The notes below the pieces were generated by a model. The model saw nothing but the letters and a program-made list of their open reading frames with translations, was not told the origin of the DNA and did no database searches. 64,000 nt of DNA from the NCBI GenBank assembly GCA_963678315.1, contig OY782781.1, forward strand, positions 416,001-480,000, given 5' to 3'. Source of the DNA: Candidatus Cloacimonadales bacterium (lineage in GTDB: Bacteria; Cloacimonadota; Cloacimonadia; Cloacimonadales; JAFGVF01). The translations under genes and the position numbers were made by a program. Positions 1-10,000 of this stretch are shown here, in pieces (the first letter of the stretch is position 1; the number at the start of each line of letters is the position of its first letter).

Positions 1-684
1 TTTATTCTTACCTGGTCTTAATGTTAATGAACCTGGTAAAACAAAATCTACATCAAGAGATTTATACAAATCAAACAATCTTACTAAATCATTCTCATTA
101 TCTACTATCATAGGAAGTATCGGCATTGCCATAACACCTACTCCTATGCCAAGTTCTTTTATACGCAATATGGTATCAATTCTTTCATCTATTGATGATG
201 CAGCAGGTTCAATTATCTTCCTATCTTTATCATCTGGGAAGGCTAGTGATAAGGCAATAGTCACTCCTGCTTGCATGTTGAGTTCTTTCAATAAATCAAT
301 GTCTCTAAGAATATTAGAAGATTTGGTGATTATCATACAGGATTGTTTATGCTTAATAAGAACTTTCAAGGATTCCCTCATTAATTCTTCTTCTAGTTCT
401 ATTGGTTGATAAGAATCTGAAATACCAGAACCTACAATTGCTATCCCCTTATCACGAAGTTTACTCAAATCTTTATCTAATTGTTCTGCTAAGTTTTTTC
501 TTATAACAATATCTTTTTCAAAATTCCCTTCTACATAGTATCTTTCAGCCCTGCCATCACAATATTTACATCCATGCTCACATGCCATATAGGGAGAAAA
601 TGCAAACTTGGTTATAAAATAACTATCAATGAATTTTGATTTTTTTAAGACAGTTTTAACTTCTTTATAGTGTTTCCTTATCAT
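1..684 (-). CDS. Radical SAM protein, SPL/Rv2578c-like family (partial, runs off window start)
   Basis: Not in ORF track. Manual translation from ATG at 684 gives MIRKHYKEVKTVLKKSKFIDSYFITKFAFSPYMACEHGCKYCDGRAERYY, containing the CxxxCxxC motif in an SPL-like PYxxCxHxCxYC context. Confidence 0.85.
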   Translation of the reverse strand, partial: MIRKHYKEVKTVLKKSKFIDSYFITKFAFSPYMACEHGCKYCDGRAERYYVEGNFEKDIVIRKNLAEQLDKDLSKLRDKGIAIVGSGISDSYQPIELEEELMRESLKVLIKHKQSCMIITKSSNILRDIDLLKELNMQAGVTIALSLAFPDDKDRKIIEPAASSIDERIDTILRIKELGIGVGVMAMPILPMIVDNENDLVRLFDLYKSLDVDFVLPGSLTLRPGKNK

Positions 685-720
685 AAAATTAATTTTAGTA
701 CAAAGCACATTAAAGTCAAT

Positions 721-1890
721 CTATATCTTATAACTCTTTGGTGAAGTTTTAATGGTTTTCAATTCAACGGGTATTTTTATTTCAAAAATGGTCCTATGCT
801 CCTCATCTGAAATAAAGCTTGCTTGACCCTGCAGGTATTTAGTAGTTAACAGCTTTATGCCATAAGTACCCAGTCCCCTGTTTGAACCTTTTGTAGAAAA
901 TGACCTTACAAAAATATTCTTTTGATGTTCAATTGGAATAAGCTTGTTGTTCTTTACTGAGAATTTAGCTAGCTTATCGCTAATCCTTTCACATTTTATC
1001 TGGACTGTTTCACCAATTTCAGCTGACTCCAGAGCATTTTTCAACATATTAATTAAAACACGTTTAAGCAAACTTACATCTGTTTTTAAATTGATTTGAT
1101 TATCATTTATACATCCTGCGTGAATAGATATTGTAGCATCCGAAATATAGAAATTACAGAGACTTATACACTCTTTTATTATTTTTGCAGAAGAGGTAGA
1201 TTTTATTATTGTTTCCCATCGACCAGAGTCAGTTAATTCAATCAAAGTCTGTGAATCAATTTCATCTAATAACTGGTAAGCAGAAGGTTTTAGTAAGCCT
1301 AATAATTCAATCTTATCGTTAACATTTTGTTCGATTTCAATTAATTGAGTATTAGCAATTATTGCCGAAGTTGTATTTCTTATATCATGTAAGAAAGATT
1401 GCATTAAGTTCAGTCTTAACTTTGATTGACTCACATCCTGTACAACAAACATGTTAAGTCTCATTTTATCAATATATATGGGAGTAGAACTAACATCTAA
1501 AGTTAAGTTTCTAACTTCTCCATTTATCATTTGAACTAAATTACATTCTTCCCGTTTGGGATTACCAAAAACAGAACTCATGATTGATTTAAATGCCCCA
1601 CAATATTTACATAGTTTTGTCGTACCACAAGCATATTCTTGGTCTGAACAGTTGATACAATTAAACACTTCTCCAGGTCTAAGACTTAAGATTTTTTCAT
1701 TCTCAGGGCACCCTAAACTTCTCGAAAGTGTATCATTAAAATAGACGATTTGTCTAGTCTGTGTCAGAATAAGTACCCAAACTGGCAAACTGTTAAGAAT
1801 ATCCATCAGATATCTATGGCTATCTAACCTTGCTTTAAGTCCATTAATATCATTAGTGGACATCCTATCCATAACATTGTATTTTTCCAT
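721..1890 (-). CDS. Soluble sensor histidine kinase with Cys-rich PAS-like domain
   Basis: H-box FLHDIRN, N-box NMLKNALE, FSTKG..RGLGTY G-box; N-terminal RPGEVFNCINC..CGTTKLCKYCG. Confidence 0.85.
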   Translation of the reverse strand: MEKYNVMDRMSTNDINGLKARLDSHRYLMDILNSLPVWVLILTQTRQIVYFNDTLSRSLGCPENEKILSLRPGEVFNCINCSDQEYACGTTKLCKYCGAFKSIMSSVFGNPKREECNLVQMINGEVRNLTLDVSSTPIYIDKMRLNMFVVQDVSQSKLRLNLMQSFLHDIRNTTSAIIANTQLIEIEQNVNDKIELLGLLKPSAYQLLDEIDSQTLIELTDSGRWETIIKSTSSAKIIKECISLCNFYISDATISIHAGCINDNQINLKTDVSLLKRVLINMLKNALESAEIGETVQIKCERISDKLAKFSVKNNKLIPIEHQKNIFVRSFSTKGSNRGLGTYGIKLLTTKYLQGQASFISDEEHRTIFEIKIPVELKTIKTSPKSYKI

Positions 1891-2056
1891 ATTAACCTAC
1901 CTAACTAAAATATAAGCTACCTTAAAGTGTTGTCAATAATTATTATATATTATTTTTTTGCTTTATTTTACATCATTACTTACTTCTTGCTAAACTACGA
2001 TTATAAGAAGATAAAAAGTAGGAGGTAAGACGCTACTCACCTCCTCATAAGAAAAT

Positions 2057-2302
2057 TTATTTACTAGCTTCGAAGTTAAATAAAAATGTTAATATAACTT
2101 CCACTAAAGCTTGTATTAGAATTCTCTCGATAAATTCAGGGACATAAGGAATATCTAATAGTTGATTTATCTTTTCAGTTAACATTTCCAACAATTCTTT
2201 ATCGATTTCCTGGCTATCTAGCTTATTCTCATTTGATAAAAGTTCTACAATTTCACTTACACTGCTTAAAACTTGCTTTAATTCATCCTTTCTTACTGTC
2301 AT
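2057..2302 (-). CDS. Small hypothetical protein (81 aa), phage-like
   Basis: AAGGAG SD at the end of the upstream ORF; INQLLDIPYVPEFIE motif; hairpin at about 2020-2047 downstream. Confidence 0.65.
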   Translation of the reverse strand: MTVRKDELKQVLSSVSEIVELLSNENKLDSQEIDKELLEMLTEKINQLLDIPYVPEFIERILIQALVEVILTFLFNFEASK

Positions 2303-2304
2303 AA

Positions 2305-2475
2305 TTAAACTCCTTTAATAACAATTAAGTTCATAATGGTTAACCCTGCTGATATAACTGATAATCCTACTTTCAATATCCTACTTCTTAACTTGTGTTC
2401 ACTAATATGACTATCAATCCGATTTTCAATAGTCACTAATTTAGACATGATTGCCAAATATTCTTTGTTAGACAT
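2305..2475 (-). CDS. 56-aa protein with C-terminal TM helix (XhlA/holin-like architecture)
   Basis: Not in ORF track. MSNKEYLAIMSKLVTIENRIDSHISEHKLRSRILKVGLSVISAGLTIMNLIVIKGV; strong AGGAGG SD; stop lies 2 nt before the next ATG. Confidence 0.7.
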   Translation of the reverse strand: MSNKEYLAIMSKLVTIENRIDSHISEHKLRSRILKVGLSVISAGLTIMNLIVIKGV

Positions 2476-2624
2476 TTTCTCCTCCTAAACAAATAGAAAT
2501 TCATTACCCTTCATATATACTATGGACTCACTTTTTGTAAAAAAGGCACACTTTTGGAAAATATTTCAAATTTTTTGAAAAAATACCCCTTCAGTAATAC
2601 CAAAACACCGTATTTTTAACCTGC

Positions 2625-2957
2625 CCTTACTAGCCTCATTGAAAAATCGGCTTTTTTTCAAGGAGGCAAGTAAAGCTGGAGTTAGGACATCAGCTGCTAG
2701 CTGGCTAAAACTGGGAACGCTGTGCCTTTAGTCCGGCTACTGCCGGATAGCTGGCTAATAATACTGGGAACGCTGGCCTCCGTGCCGGCTTTTGTATTTA
2801 AATATATGCTAAACATATATTTAAATCTCTTATATAACCTACTTTCGTAGGTTTGGCCATCAGGGACGATGGCGTTCCGACTCTGCAGGATAAAGCAGAG
2901 AAGTAAATTTTTGTGTAAACTGGGAATGCTGTAGAGACGTTTGGAAAAACGTCTCAA
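2625..2957 (-). repeat. Mosaic REP-like element, copy A
   Basis: Contains GTAGAGACGTTTGGAAAAACGTCTC, the GCCATC..GATGGC/CCTAC-GAAA-GTAGG module, an AT palindrome, ACTGGGAACGCT modules and the terminal TTGAAAAA..TTTTTCAA hairpin, all shared with other loci. Confidence 0.85.
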
Positions 2958-3123
2958 TTGCAAGCAAGGACCGTGACAGGCGAAGACTGATGGCTACAAT
3001 CCTGGTGTAGAGACCTTTTGCAAAACAATTTGGATAAAAATAAAATAAAACTTGATTAATTACAGCTATAGTGTATAATATAGCTATCATTGAAATTACT
3101 TAAATCAAGCAAAGGAGTTTGTT

Positions 3124-3831
3124 ATGGGTGAAAAAGCCGTAGGTTGTGCTAGACCTATTTCAAAAGTAGAGAAGCAACCTCAAAAAACAGTTGAAGAAGA
3201 AGTTACAAAGGAGATAAAAATGGATATTGCAAGAGTTGGACAAAAAGCACCAGATTTTGAAGCACCAGCATATTACAAAGGTGGATTCACATCTGTAAAG
3301 CTTTCAGATTTTATAGGGAAATGGGTAGTATTATGTTTCTATCCTGGTGATTTTACTTTCGTCTGAGCAACTGAAGTGTCAGCGGTCGCTGCCAATTATG
3401 AAAAACTTCAAGAACTTGGTGCAGAAGTAATCTCAATGAGTGTTGATAGTCAATTTGTACACAAAGTATGGAATGATCAAGAATTAAATAAAATGGCTGA
3501 AAGGGATGTTCCTTTCCACATGGCATCAGATGGTGCAGGTCACGTTGGTTCAATGTATGGTGTTTATGATCAAGCATCAGGAGTTGAATTTAGAGGACGT
3601 TTCATTATAGATCCAGATGGTGTAATTCAAGCTATGGAAGTCTTAACTCCACCAGTAGGTAGAAAATTAGAAGAGACAATTAGACAAATTAAAGCTTACC
3701 AACATGTACGCAAAACCCAAGGGGCAGAGGTTTGTCCTGCTGGCTGGGAACCAGGTAAAAAAGTTCTTAAACCAGGACCAGACTTAGTTGCAAATGTATG
3801 GAAAGAGTGGAGTCCACTAAAAGATCATTAG
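3124..3831 (+). CDS. prxU: Selenocysteine-containing 2-Cys-type peroxiredoxin (PrxU), UGA at 3364-3366 read as Sec
   Basis: Track ORFs 3124-3366 and 3376-3831 are in the same frame. [15 protein letters not shown] puts UGA at the peroxidatic Cys of FxPxDFTFVCPTE; resolving EVCPAGW present; hairpin downstream of UGA. Confidence 0.92.
3367..3393 (+). promoter_or_regulatory. Candidate bacterial SECIS element
   Basis: CAGC-GGTC-GCTG hairpin (3380-3391) with G-containing loop, starting 13 nt after the in-frame UGA; locally GC-rich. Confidence 0.6.
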
Positions 3832-3865
3832 ACTATAAGCGACAAATGTAATTCAATGATAGATT

Positions 3866-3893
3866 AAGACGTCTAAATGGGCGTCTTTTTTTT
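3866..3893 (+). terminator. Rho-independent terminator of prxU
   Basis: AAGACGTCT-AAAT-GGGCGTCTT followed by T-run. Confidence 0.8.
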
Positions 3894-4034
3894 GTTTCTT
3901 GTTCAAGTTCAATGGAGATATCTCCTAACTAAATTCTAGAGTAAACCCACATAATAATATTTTTTACAATTCTAATAAGCAAGTAGTCAAGGGATAATAT
4001 CCTGATTAATAAAGAATTATTTACGAAAATAGTC

Positions 4035-4068
4035 TTGACTTAAATAAGCATACCTACCGTTTGGTATG
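4035..4068 (+). promoter_or_regulatory. Promoter -35 and TetR-type operator palindrome
   Basis: TTGACT at 4035-4040; CATACC-N8-GGTATG at 4049-4068 just upstream of the tetR gene. Confidence 0.65.
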
Positions 4069-4102
4069 TATAAATAATTAAGAAATAAAAGAAGGACTAT
4101 AT

Positions 4103-4714
4103 ATGAGGAAAACTAAGAGTGATGCCGAAGCAACCAAGTTAAAAATTTTGGAATCAGCCTTAGACATTTTTTCAGATAAGGGATATGATGGAACTTCAAT
4201 CTCGGATATATGCAAAAAAGCCCAGATAACTAAAGGAGCTTTGTATTGGCATTTCGAGAGTAAGCAAGCCCTTTATACATATCTGATTAAATCTATCTTT
4301 GATGAGATTATAGAGAGATCACATGAATTGGATTCTTATGAAGACCAACCTTTAATAGCTTTGCGTAACTTTACTAAGAACTTCTTAAATGAAATAGCTG
4401 AGAATGAAACCTACCAAACAGCATTAAAGTTGTTTGTAAGAGAGTTCAAACTTGATACTTCAGATATTTTTTCAGATTTAATTGAAGACTTACAAAAGAG
4501 CTTTGATCTAGCTTATATCTTTGAGCAATCAATAAAATCTAAGAACTTAACAGATATCTTAACAGCAGAAGAGTATTCAACATTATACAATTCTCTATTA
4601 GATAACTGTATTATTAATTGGTTATGGTCTACAGAAGATTTTGATTTAGTAGAAAGAGGAATAAAGAATTTTAATTATATATTTAGATTAGATCTTAATA
4701 AGGAGAAAAAATGA
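4103..4714 (+). CDS. TetR/AcrR family transcriptional regulator
   Basis: MRKTKSDAEATKLKILESA..GYDGTSISDI..TKGALYWHF helix-turn-helix. Confidence 0.95.
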   Translation: MRKTKSDAEATKLKILESALDIFSDKGYDGTSISDICKKAQITKGALYWHFESKQALYTYLIKSIFDEIIERSHELDSYEDQPLIALRNFTKNFLNEIAENETYQTALKLFVREFKLDTSDIFSDLIEDLQKSFDLAYIFEQSIKSKNLTDILTAEEYSTLYNSLLDNCIINWLWSTEDFDLVERGIKNFNYIFRLDLNKEKK

Positions 4715-5985
4715 AAGTTAAAGTAATATTAATATTGGTGTTGCTACCAGTATTAGCTTGGGGAATTACTTTAGAAGAAGCCGAGAAAATGACCTTAGAA
4801 AACAACAAAGATCTTATTACTGCTAGGCAAGAGAAAGAAGGATCTTATGCTAATTACAAAAGCGTCAAAGGCTCTATCTTTCCACAAGTTAACCTCAGTG
4901 GATCTTATGGTGTAAAGAAGACAGACATTCCAAAGGTGATTCCTCCAGGTGTAATGGCTGAAAAAGAACTTCCCTTGAATACAGTTTTATCAATGCAACA
5001 AATTCTATTTTCATCAGATGTATTTAATGGTTTAAAAGCCGCTAAAGTCTACACAGATATTAATAATACAAATTTGAAGATAGTGGAGAACAATGTCCTC
5101 TTTCAAACAAGACGATTATTCTATTCAGCTCTTCTAGCTAAAGAAGTCTTAGATATTCAGAGAGATGCAGTGAATATTGCTAATGCGCATTATGAGAGAG
5201 TCAAGGATATGTACGAACAAGGTGTAGTTTCAGAATATGATGAGCTACGGGCTAAACTTCAAGTAAAAGAGCTACTTCCAGAAGTTGAAAGAGCAAAAAA
5301 CAACTTCTTATTAGCAAAGATAGCTCTGCAAAATCAAATTGGTTCAGAAATCGAGATTGATAAAGTTGAAGGAACATTTAATATAACTGACTTTGTTAAA
5401 TTCAACTTAGATGAAGCCATTACAGAAGGTTTGAAGAACAGATTAGAGTTACAAGCTTCAAAACTGAATAGTGATATTTTAGAGATACAATACAAAAATC
5501 AACAGAAATCATACTTGCCAACTCTAGCTCTAAATGCTAGTTTAACAAATTTCACATATACCAATGATTATGATGTTGAAAGCGATAATTTTGGAAATAT
5601 CTATGAAGCATCTCTTAACTTTTCTGTACCAATATTTACTGGATTCACTAACAAGAATACAGAAAAGAAGTACAAGTATGAGTGGTTAAATGCTGAAACA
5701 GCAGATTCTAAATTAAGAGATAGTATTAAGCTAGAAATAACTTCTCATTTCTATGGCTTACAAAAGAACATTGTAAGTCTTGTTACTGCTGAAGAAAATA
5801 TAAGTCTTGCTCAAAGAGCACTTACAATTGCCCAAGAAAGATATAATAATCAATTGGGAACATATCTTGATGTAGAGACTGCCCAATTAAGCTATAAACA
5901 AGCTAATTTAAACTACAAAGTCATTGTTCATGATTTAATAGACTCGTATGAAAGTTTACTTAAATCTGTTGGTAGAGAATTTTAA
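4711..5985 (+). CDS. TolC family outer-membrane efflux protein
   Basis: Signal peptide, two OEP-like repeats (FPQVNL, YLPTLAL, ERYNNQLG); sits between TetR and MFP genes. Confidence 0.9.
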   Translation: MKVKVILILVLLPVLAWGITLEEAEKMTLENNKDLITARQEKEGSYANYKSVKGSIFPQVNLSGSYGVKKTDIPKVIPPGVMAEKELPLNTVLSMQQILFSSDVFNGLKAAKVYTDINNTNLKIVENNVLFQTRRLFYSALLAKEVLDIQRDAVNIANAHYERVKDMYEQGVVSEYDELRAKLQVKELLPEVERAKNNFLLAKIALQNQIGSEIEIDKVEGTFNITDFVKFNLDEAITEGLKNRLELQASKLNSDILEIQYKNQQKSYLPTLALNASLTNFTYTNDYDVESDNFGNIYEASLNFSVPIFTGFTNKNTEKKYKYEWLNAETADSKLRDSIKLEITSHFYGLQKNIVSLVTAEENISLAQRALTIAQERYNNQLGTYLDVETAQLSYKQANLNYKVIVHDLIDSYESLLKSVGREF

Positions 5986-6002
5986 GATTTAGGAGAATTA
6001 TT

Positions 6003-7037
6003 ATGTATAAAAAATATATTTTATTGTCACTAGCAGTGTTATTATTAGCTACAGGCTGTAGCAAGAAAAATGAGAATAAGATTGAAGCAAAAAGCCTGGA
6101 AGCTACTTATAGAGAAAATGGTGTGCCTGTAAGAGTTGAATCTATAACTAAAGATGAGTTTACTAAATTCCAGACTTATTATTCAGAGATTATGCCCAAC
6201 AAAAGAACTGTTCTTTATGCTAAGATGGAAGATAGAATTTCAAAGATTAATGCTAAACCTGGCGATTATGTATCAAAAGGAACCAAGGTAATTGAGTTTC
6301 CAGAAGATAATACTAGAAATGGTATTCAAGAAACTCAAGCAAATTATGATTTTGCTTTAAATAATATGAACAGGATGAAGGAGCTTCTTAATAGTGGTGC
6401 TATAAGCCAACAAGAGTATGATGGTATTGAAACTCAATATAAGCAAGCAAAAGCTTCTCTAGATTATATTGATAATATTCTTGATGTTACTGCCCCATAT
6501 AATGGATATATAACAGAACTTCCTGTTTCTGAAAATGACCATGTATTCATAGATGATCCCCTTTTTGCTATTGCTGATTTAAGCAAGTTGAAATCTACTA
6601 TTTGGGTAAATGAGAATGATATCGAGTTTATTAAGAAGAACATGGAAGCCACTGCAACTTGGAAAGACTACACAATTTCAGGAAAAGTTACAAATGTGTC
6701 TTTAACAATGGATTCTCAACGTAGAGCATTCAGGGTTGAAATTGTTTTCGACAACACTGAGATGAATTTCAAAACAGGTGTAACGGCAGAAATCAATCTT
6801 CAATTATATAAGAAAACTAGTGTAATTAACATACCTTATACAATGATAAGAAGTATTGAGTCAACTCCCTTTGTATGGATAGCAGAGGATAATAAAGCTG
6901 TTAAGAGAGAAATTACTCTCGGACTAACCGGAAAAGATAAAATTGAAATCACTAGCGGTCTTCAAGAAGGTGAACTCCTAATCAGTGAAGGCTATCATAT
7001 TGTTTCAGAGAATGATAAATTGAAGATAATGGATTAG
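6003..7037 (+). CDS. RND efflux periplasmic adaptor (MFP) lipoprotein
   Basis: Lipobox LATGC; GAISQQEYD; TAPYNGYI; ITSGLQEGE. Confidence 0.92.
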   Translation: MYKKYILLSLAVLLLATGCSKKNENKIEAKSLEATYRENGVPVRVESITKDEFTKFQTYYSEIMPNKRTVLYAKMEDRISKINAKPGDYVSKGTKVIEFPEDNTRNGIQETQANYDFALNNMNRMKELLNSGAISQQEYDGIETQYKQAKASLDYIDNILDVTAPYNGYITELPVSENDHVFIDDPLFAIADLSKLKSTIWVNENDIEFIKKNMEATATWKDYTISGKVTNVSLTMDSQRRAFRVEIVFDNTEMNFKTGVTAEINLQLYKKTSVINIPYTMIRSIESTPFVWIAEDNKAVKREITLGLTGKDKIEITSGLQEGELLISEGYHIVSENDKLKIMD

Positions 7038-7047
7038 AGGTTTAATA

Positions 7048-10000
7048 ATGTTTTTATCAAATCTATCAATTAAAAGACCAGTCATGACTACCATGCTTAT
7101 CTTGGTCTTCCTACTATTTGGTATTTTAGCATTCTTCAAAATACCAATAGACCTCTTCCCTACTGTGAACATTCCTTATGTTCTTATTACTACCGTGTAT
7201 CCTGGTGCAGGTCCCTCAGAAGTTGAGACCCAAGTAACCAACATAATTGAGGATGAAGTAGCAACTATTAGTGGGTTGGATAATATTCAATCCTATTCAC
7301 TAGATAATGTTTCTACAATAGTGCTCAAATTTGATTTAGCAAAGGACCCTAAAGAAGCTAATCAAGAAGTTAAAGACAAGATTAATAAAATTGTTAGTGC
7401 ATTGCCAAGTGATGCTGAGCAACCAACTATTGAAAAGATAGAAATGGATACATTCCCTATTATTGACTTGGTTCTATCATCTAACAGCGACCAGATAAGT
7501 CCAATTCAACTTTATGAATTAGCTGACAATGATATGAAAGATATGTTTGCTAAGATTGATGGTGTAGCAAGAGTTGAGCTTTCTGGTGGTCAAGAAAGAG
7601 AAATAAGAGTTGAAACTGATAGTAGAATATTGAAATCTAATAATATCTCAGTATCTCAAATTAACAATATTATTGCCATGAACAATAACGATATTGCTGC
7701 TGGCTACTTCCAAAACAAGAAAGATGAAATTTCAGTAACTACTAATTCAGAGTTTAATTCGATTAAAGAGTTGCAAAACCTTGAAATTCCTGTTGATGGA
7801 GGAAGCAAGAAATTATCTGAACTAGCTAAAGTATATGATGGCAAAAAAGATATTCGGTCTACTTCTGAGTATATAGACAAAATAAATAATAAGAAATACA
7901 ATAAACTTGTTAAGATTAGTTTGATTAAGAGCTCAGATGCAAATACTGTTGCTCTGGCGAAAGATGTTAAGAAGGCTATCCCCCTTCTTCAAGAGAAACT
8001 CCCTGAAGGTGTTGAGCTTAAAATGATTTATGATAATTCAGAGTTCATTGAATCCTCAGTAGAAGATACTATTTCAAACTTGATTCTTGGTATTCTCCTT
8101 ACTGGCTTGGTTCTTTTCTTATTCTTGCATGATTTGCGTTCTACTCTAATTGTTGCTTTATCAATGCCAACTTCTATTATCTCTACCTTCATGGTAATGG
8201 ACGCTGTAGGATTCTCATTTAATATGCTATCCCTGATGGGATTATCGACAGCTGTGGGTGTCCTGGTATCTAACTCCATTGTAGTTCTAGAAAATATATT
8301 TAGACATAAGAATCTTGGTAAGAACAATAAAGAAGCATCCTTAGTGGGCTCTTCTGAAGTTACAACAGCAGTTATTGCATCAACAGCAACTAACCTTGTA
8401 GTGTTCTTGCCTATTGCGGCTATGTCTTCAATGGCTGGCCAGTTCTTTAAAGAGTTTGCCCTAACCGTATCATTTGCTACAGTATTCTCACTTATTATGT
8501 CTTTCACTTTAACTCCAATGCTATCTTCTTTAATCCTACCAAAAGAAGAGAAGCTAAATTGGTTTGGAAGAGTTATGGAAAACATCTTCAAATCATTTGA
8601 AAGACTATATGAGAGAGTTCTAACATTCACTCTAGGTTCAAGACTCAGACCGAAAGTATTTACATTCCTTATGATTATAGCCTTACTTGCAACATTTATG
8701 TTTGTAGCTCCAAAACTAGGTTTTGAGTTTATGCCAGAGTTCGACCAAGGTGATATTGTGGTTAAGATAGAGCTCCCTGAAGGGACTACTCTTGAGCAAT
8801 CAGGTCAAAAACTTAAAGAGATAGAAGATATTATTCTTTCTCATGATGAAGTAAAACACGTTATAACTACGGTTGGTGGCGATAATGGTACTCATATTGC
8901 TTCTGCTGAAGTTAAACTGGTTGATTCAGACCTAAGAGAGATTACTACTTCACAGATGAACCAAGTTATTATATCTGAAGTGAATGAAATTACTAATGCA
9001 AAGATATTCTGTAAATCTAACCGTGATGAAGGCGGACAGAGTCCTATCCAATACTTCTTATTATCTACAGATAAAGATGTACTTGATTCTTATGTACCTA
9101 TCTTAAATGCTAAAATGAAGCAAGTAGAAGGATTAATCAATTATGATGTAACATATAGAACAGGTAAACCTCAGTTAACTATAATTCCTAAAAGAAGAGT
9201 TATTGCAGATGCAGGAATTACTGCCTATGACCTTGCAATGACAGTTCGAGCTGCTACAGAAGGTTTAACATCATCTGTTTATCGTGAAAATGGCGAGGAA
9301 TACGATATAAGAGTTACCTTTGAAGATACATCTATCCAGACTCCAGAAGAGATCGGAGCCTTAACAGTTGCAACTCCTTACGGTCCTTATACTGTATCTC
9401 AATTAGCATCTATTACTAATACTCAGACAACTACTCAAATTACTCACCGTGATAAGCTAGCATCATTAGTTATTACTGGTGAACCTGCTACAGGATTCCC
9501 TTTGGCTACTGTAACAGGGAATATCCAAAAAGCATTCGATGAAATGGACTTTGGAAGCGATGTCGAAGTTAAAGTTGGTGGTCAAGCAGAAGATATGGAC
9601 GAGACTAACAGAGACATGGGACAAGCTTTTGGCTTGGCGATTATTCTAACTTACATGTTGCTTGCTTCTCTTCTTGAGAGTTTCACCCAACCGTTCTTAA
9701 TTCTTACTACCTTACCAATGGCTACTATTGGTGTCTTCCTGTTGATGTTCTTAGCTGGAACAACCATGAACCTCTTCTCTATGATGGCTATTATCATGCT
9801 GATTGGTCTGGTGGTGAACGATGCTATCTTGATTCTTGATTATACTAAGACCTTGATGAAGAATGATAATTTAACAGCTAAAGAAGCCCTTCTTATTGCC
9901 TGTCCAACTAAAATGAAGCCTGTGATAATGACTACTTTGGCTATTATCTTAGGTATGCTACCTATGGCAATGGGAATTGGTTCTGCTGGTAAAGAGATGA

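Noticed and set aside
2860..3000. Fluoride riboswitch (GATGGCGTTC..CTGATG)
   Set aside because: The 5' part belongs to the repeat, the spacing and pseudoknot do not fit, and the downstream gene is unrelated.
2697..3090. Track ORFs over repeat copy A (also 10662-10853 and 22238-22631)
   Set aside because: These are translations of GC-rich repeats or IS ends; the shared LRRFSKRLY peptide reflects the DNA repeat.
3353..3376. prx pseudogene or two separate genes
   Set aside because: Both parts are in the same frame and the stop coincides with the catalytic residue, so selenocysteine is the better explanation.
8028..8630. 200-aa antisense ORF and other shadow ORFs inside long genes
   Set aside because: They lie opposite or within well-supported CDSs and have no motifs or SD.
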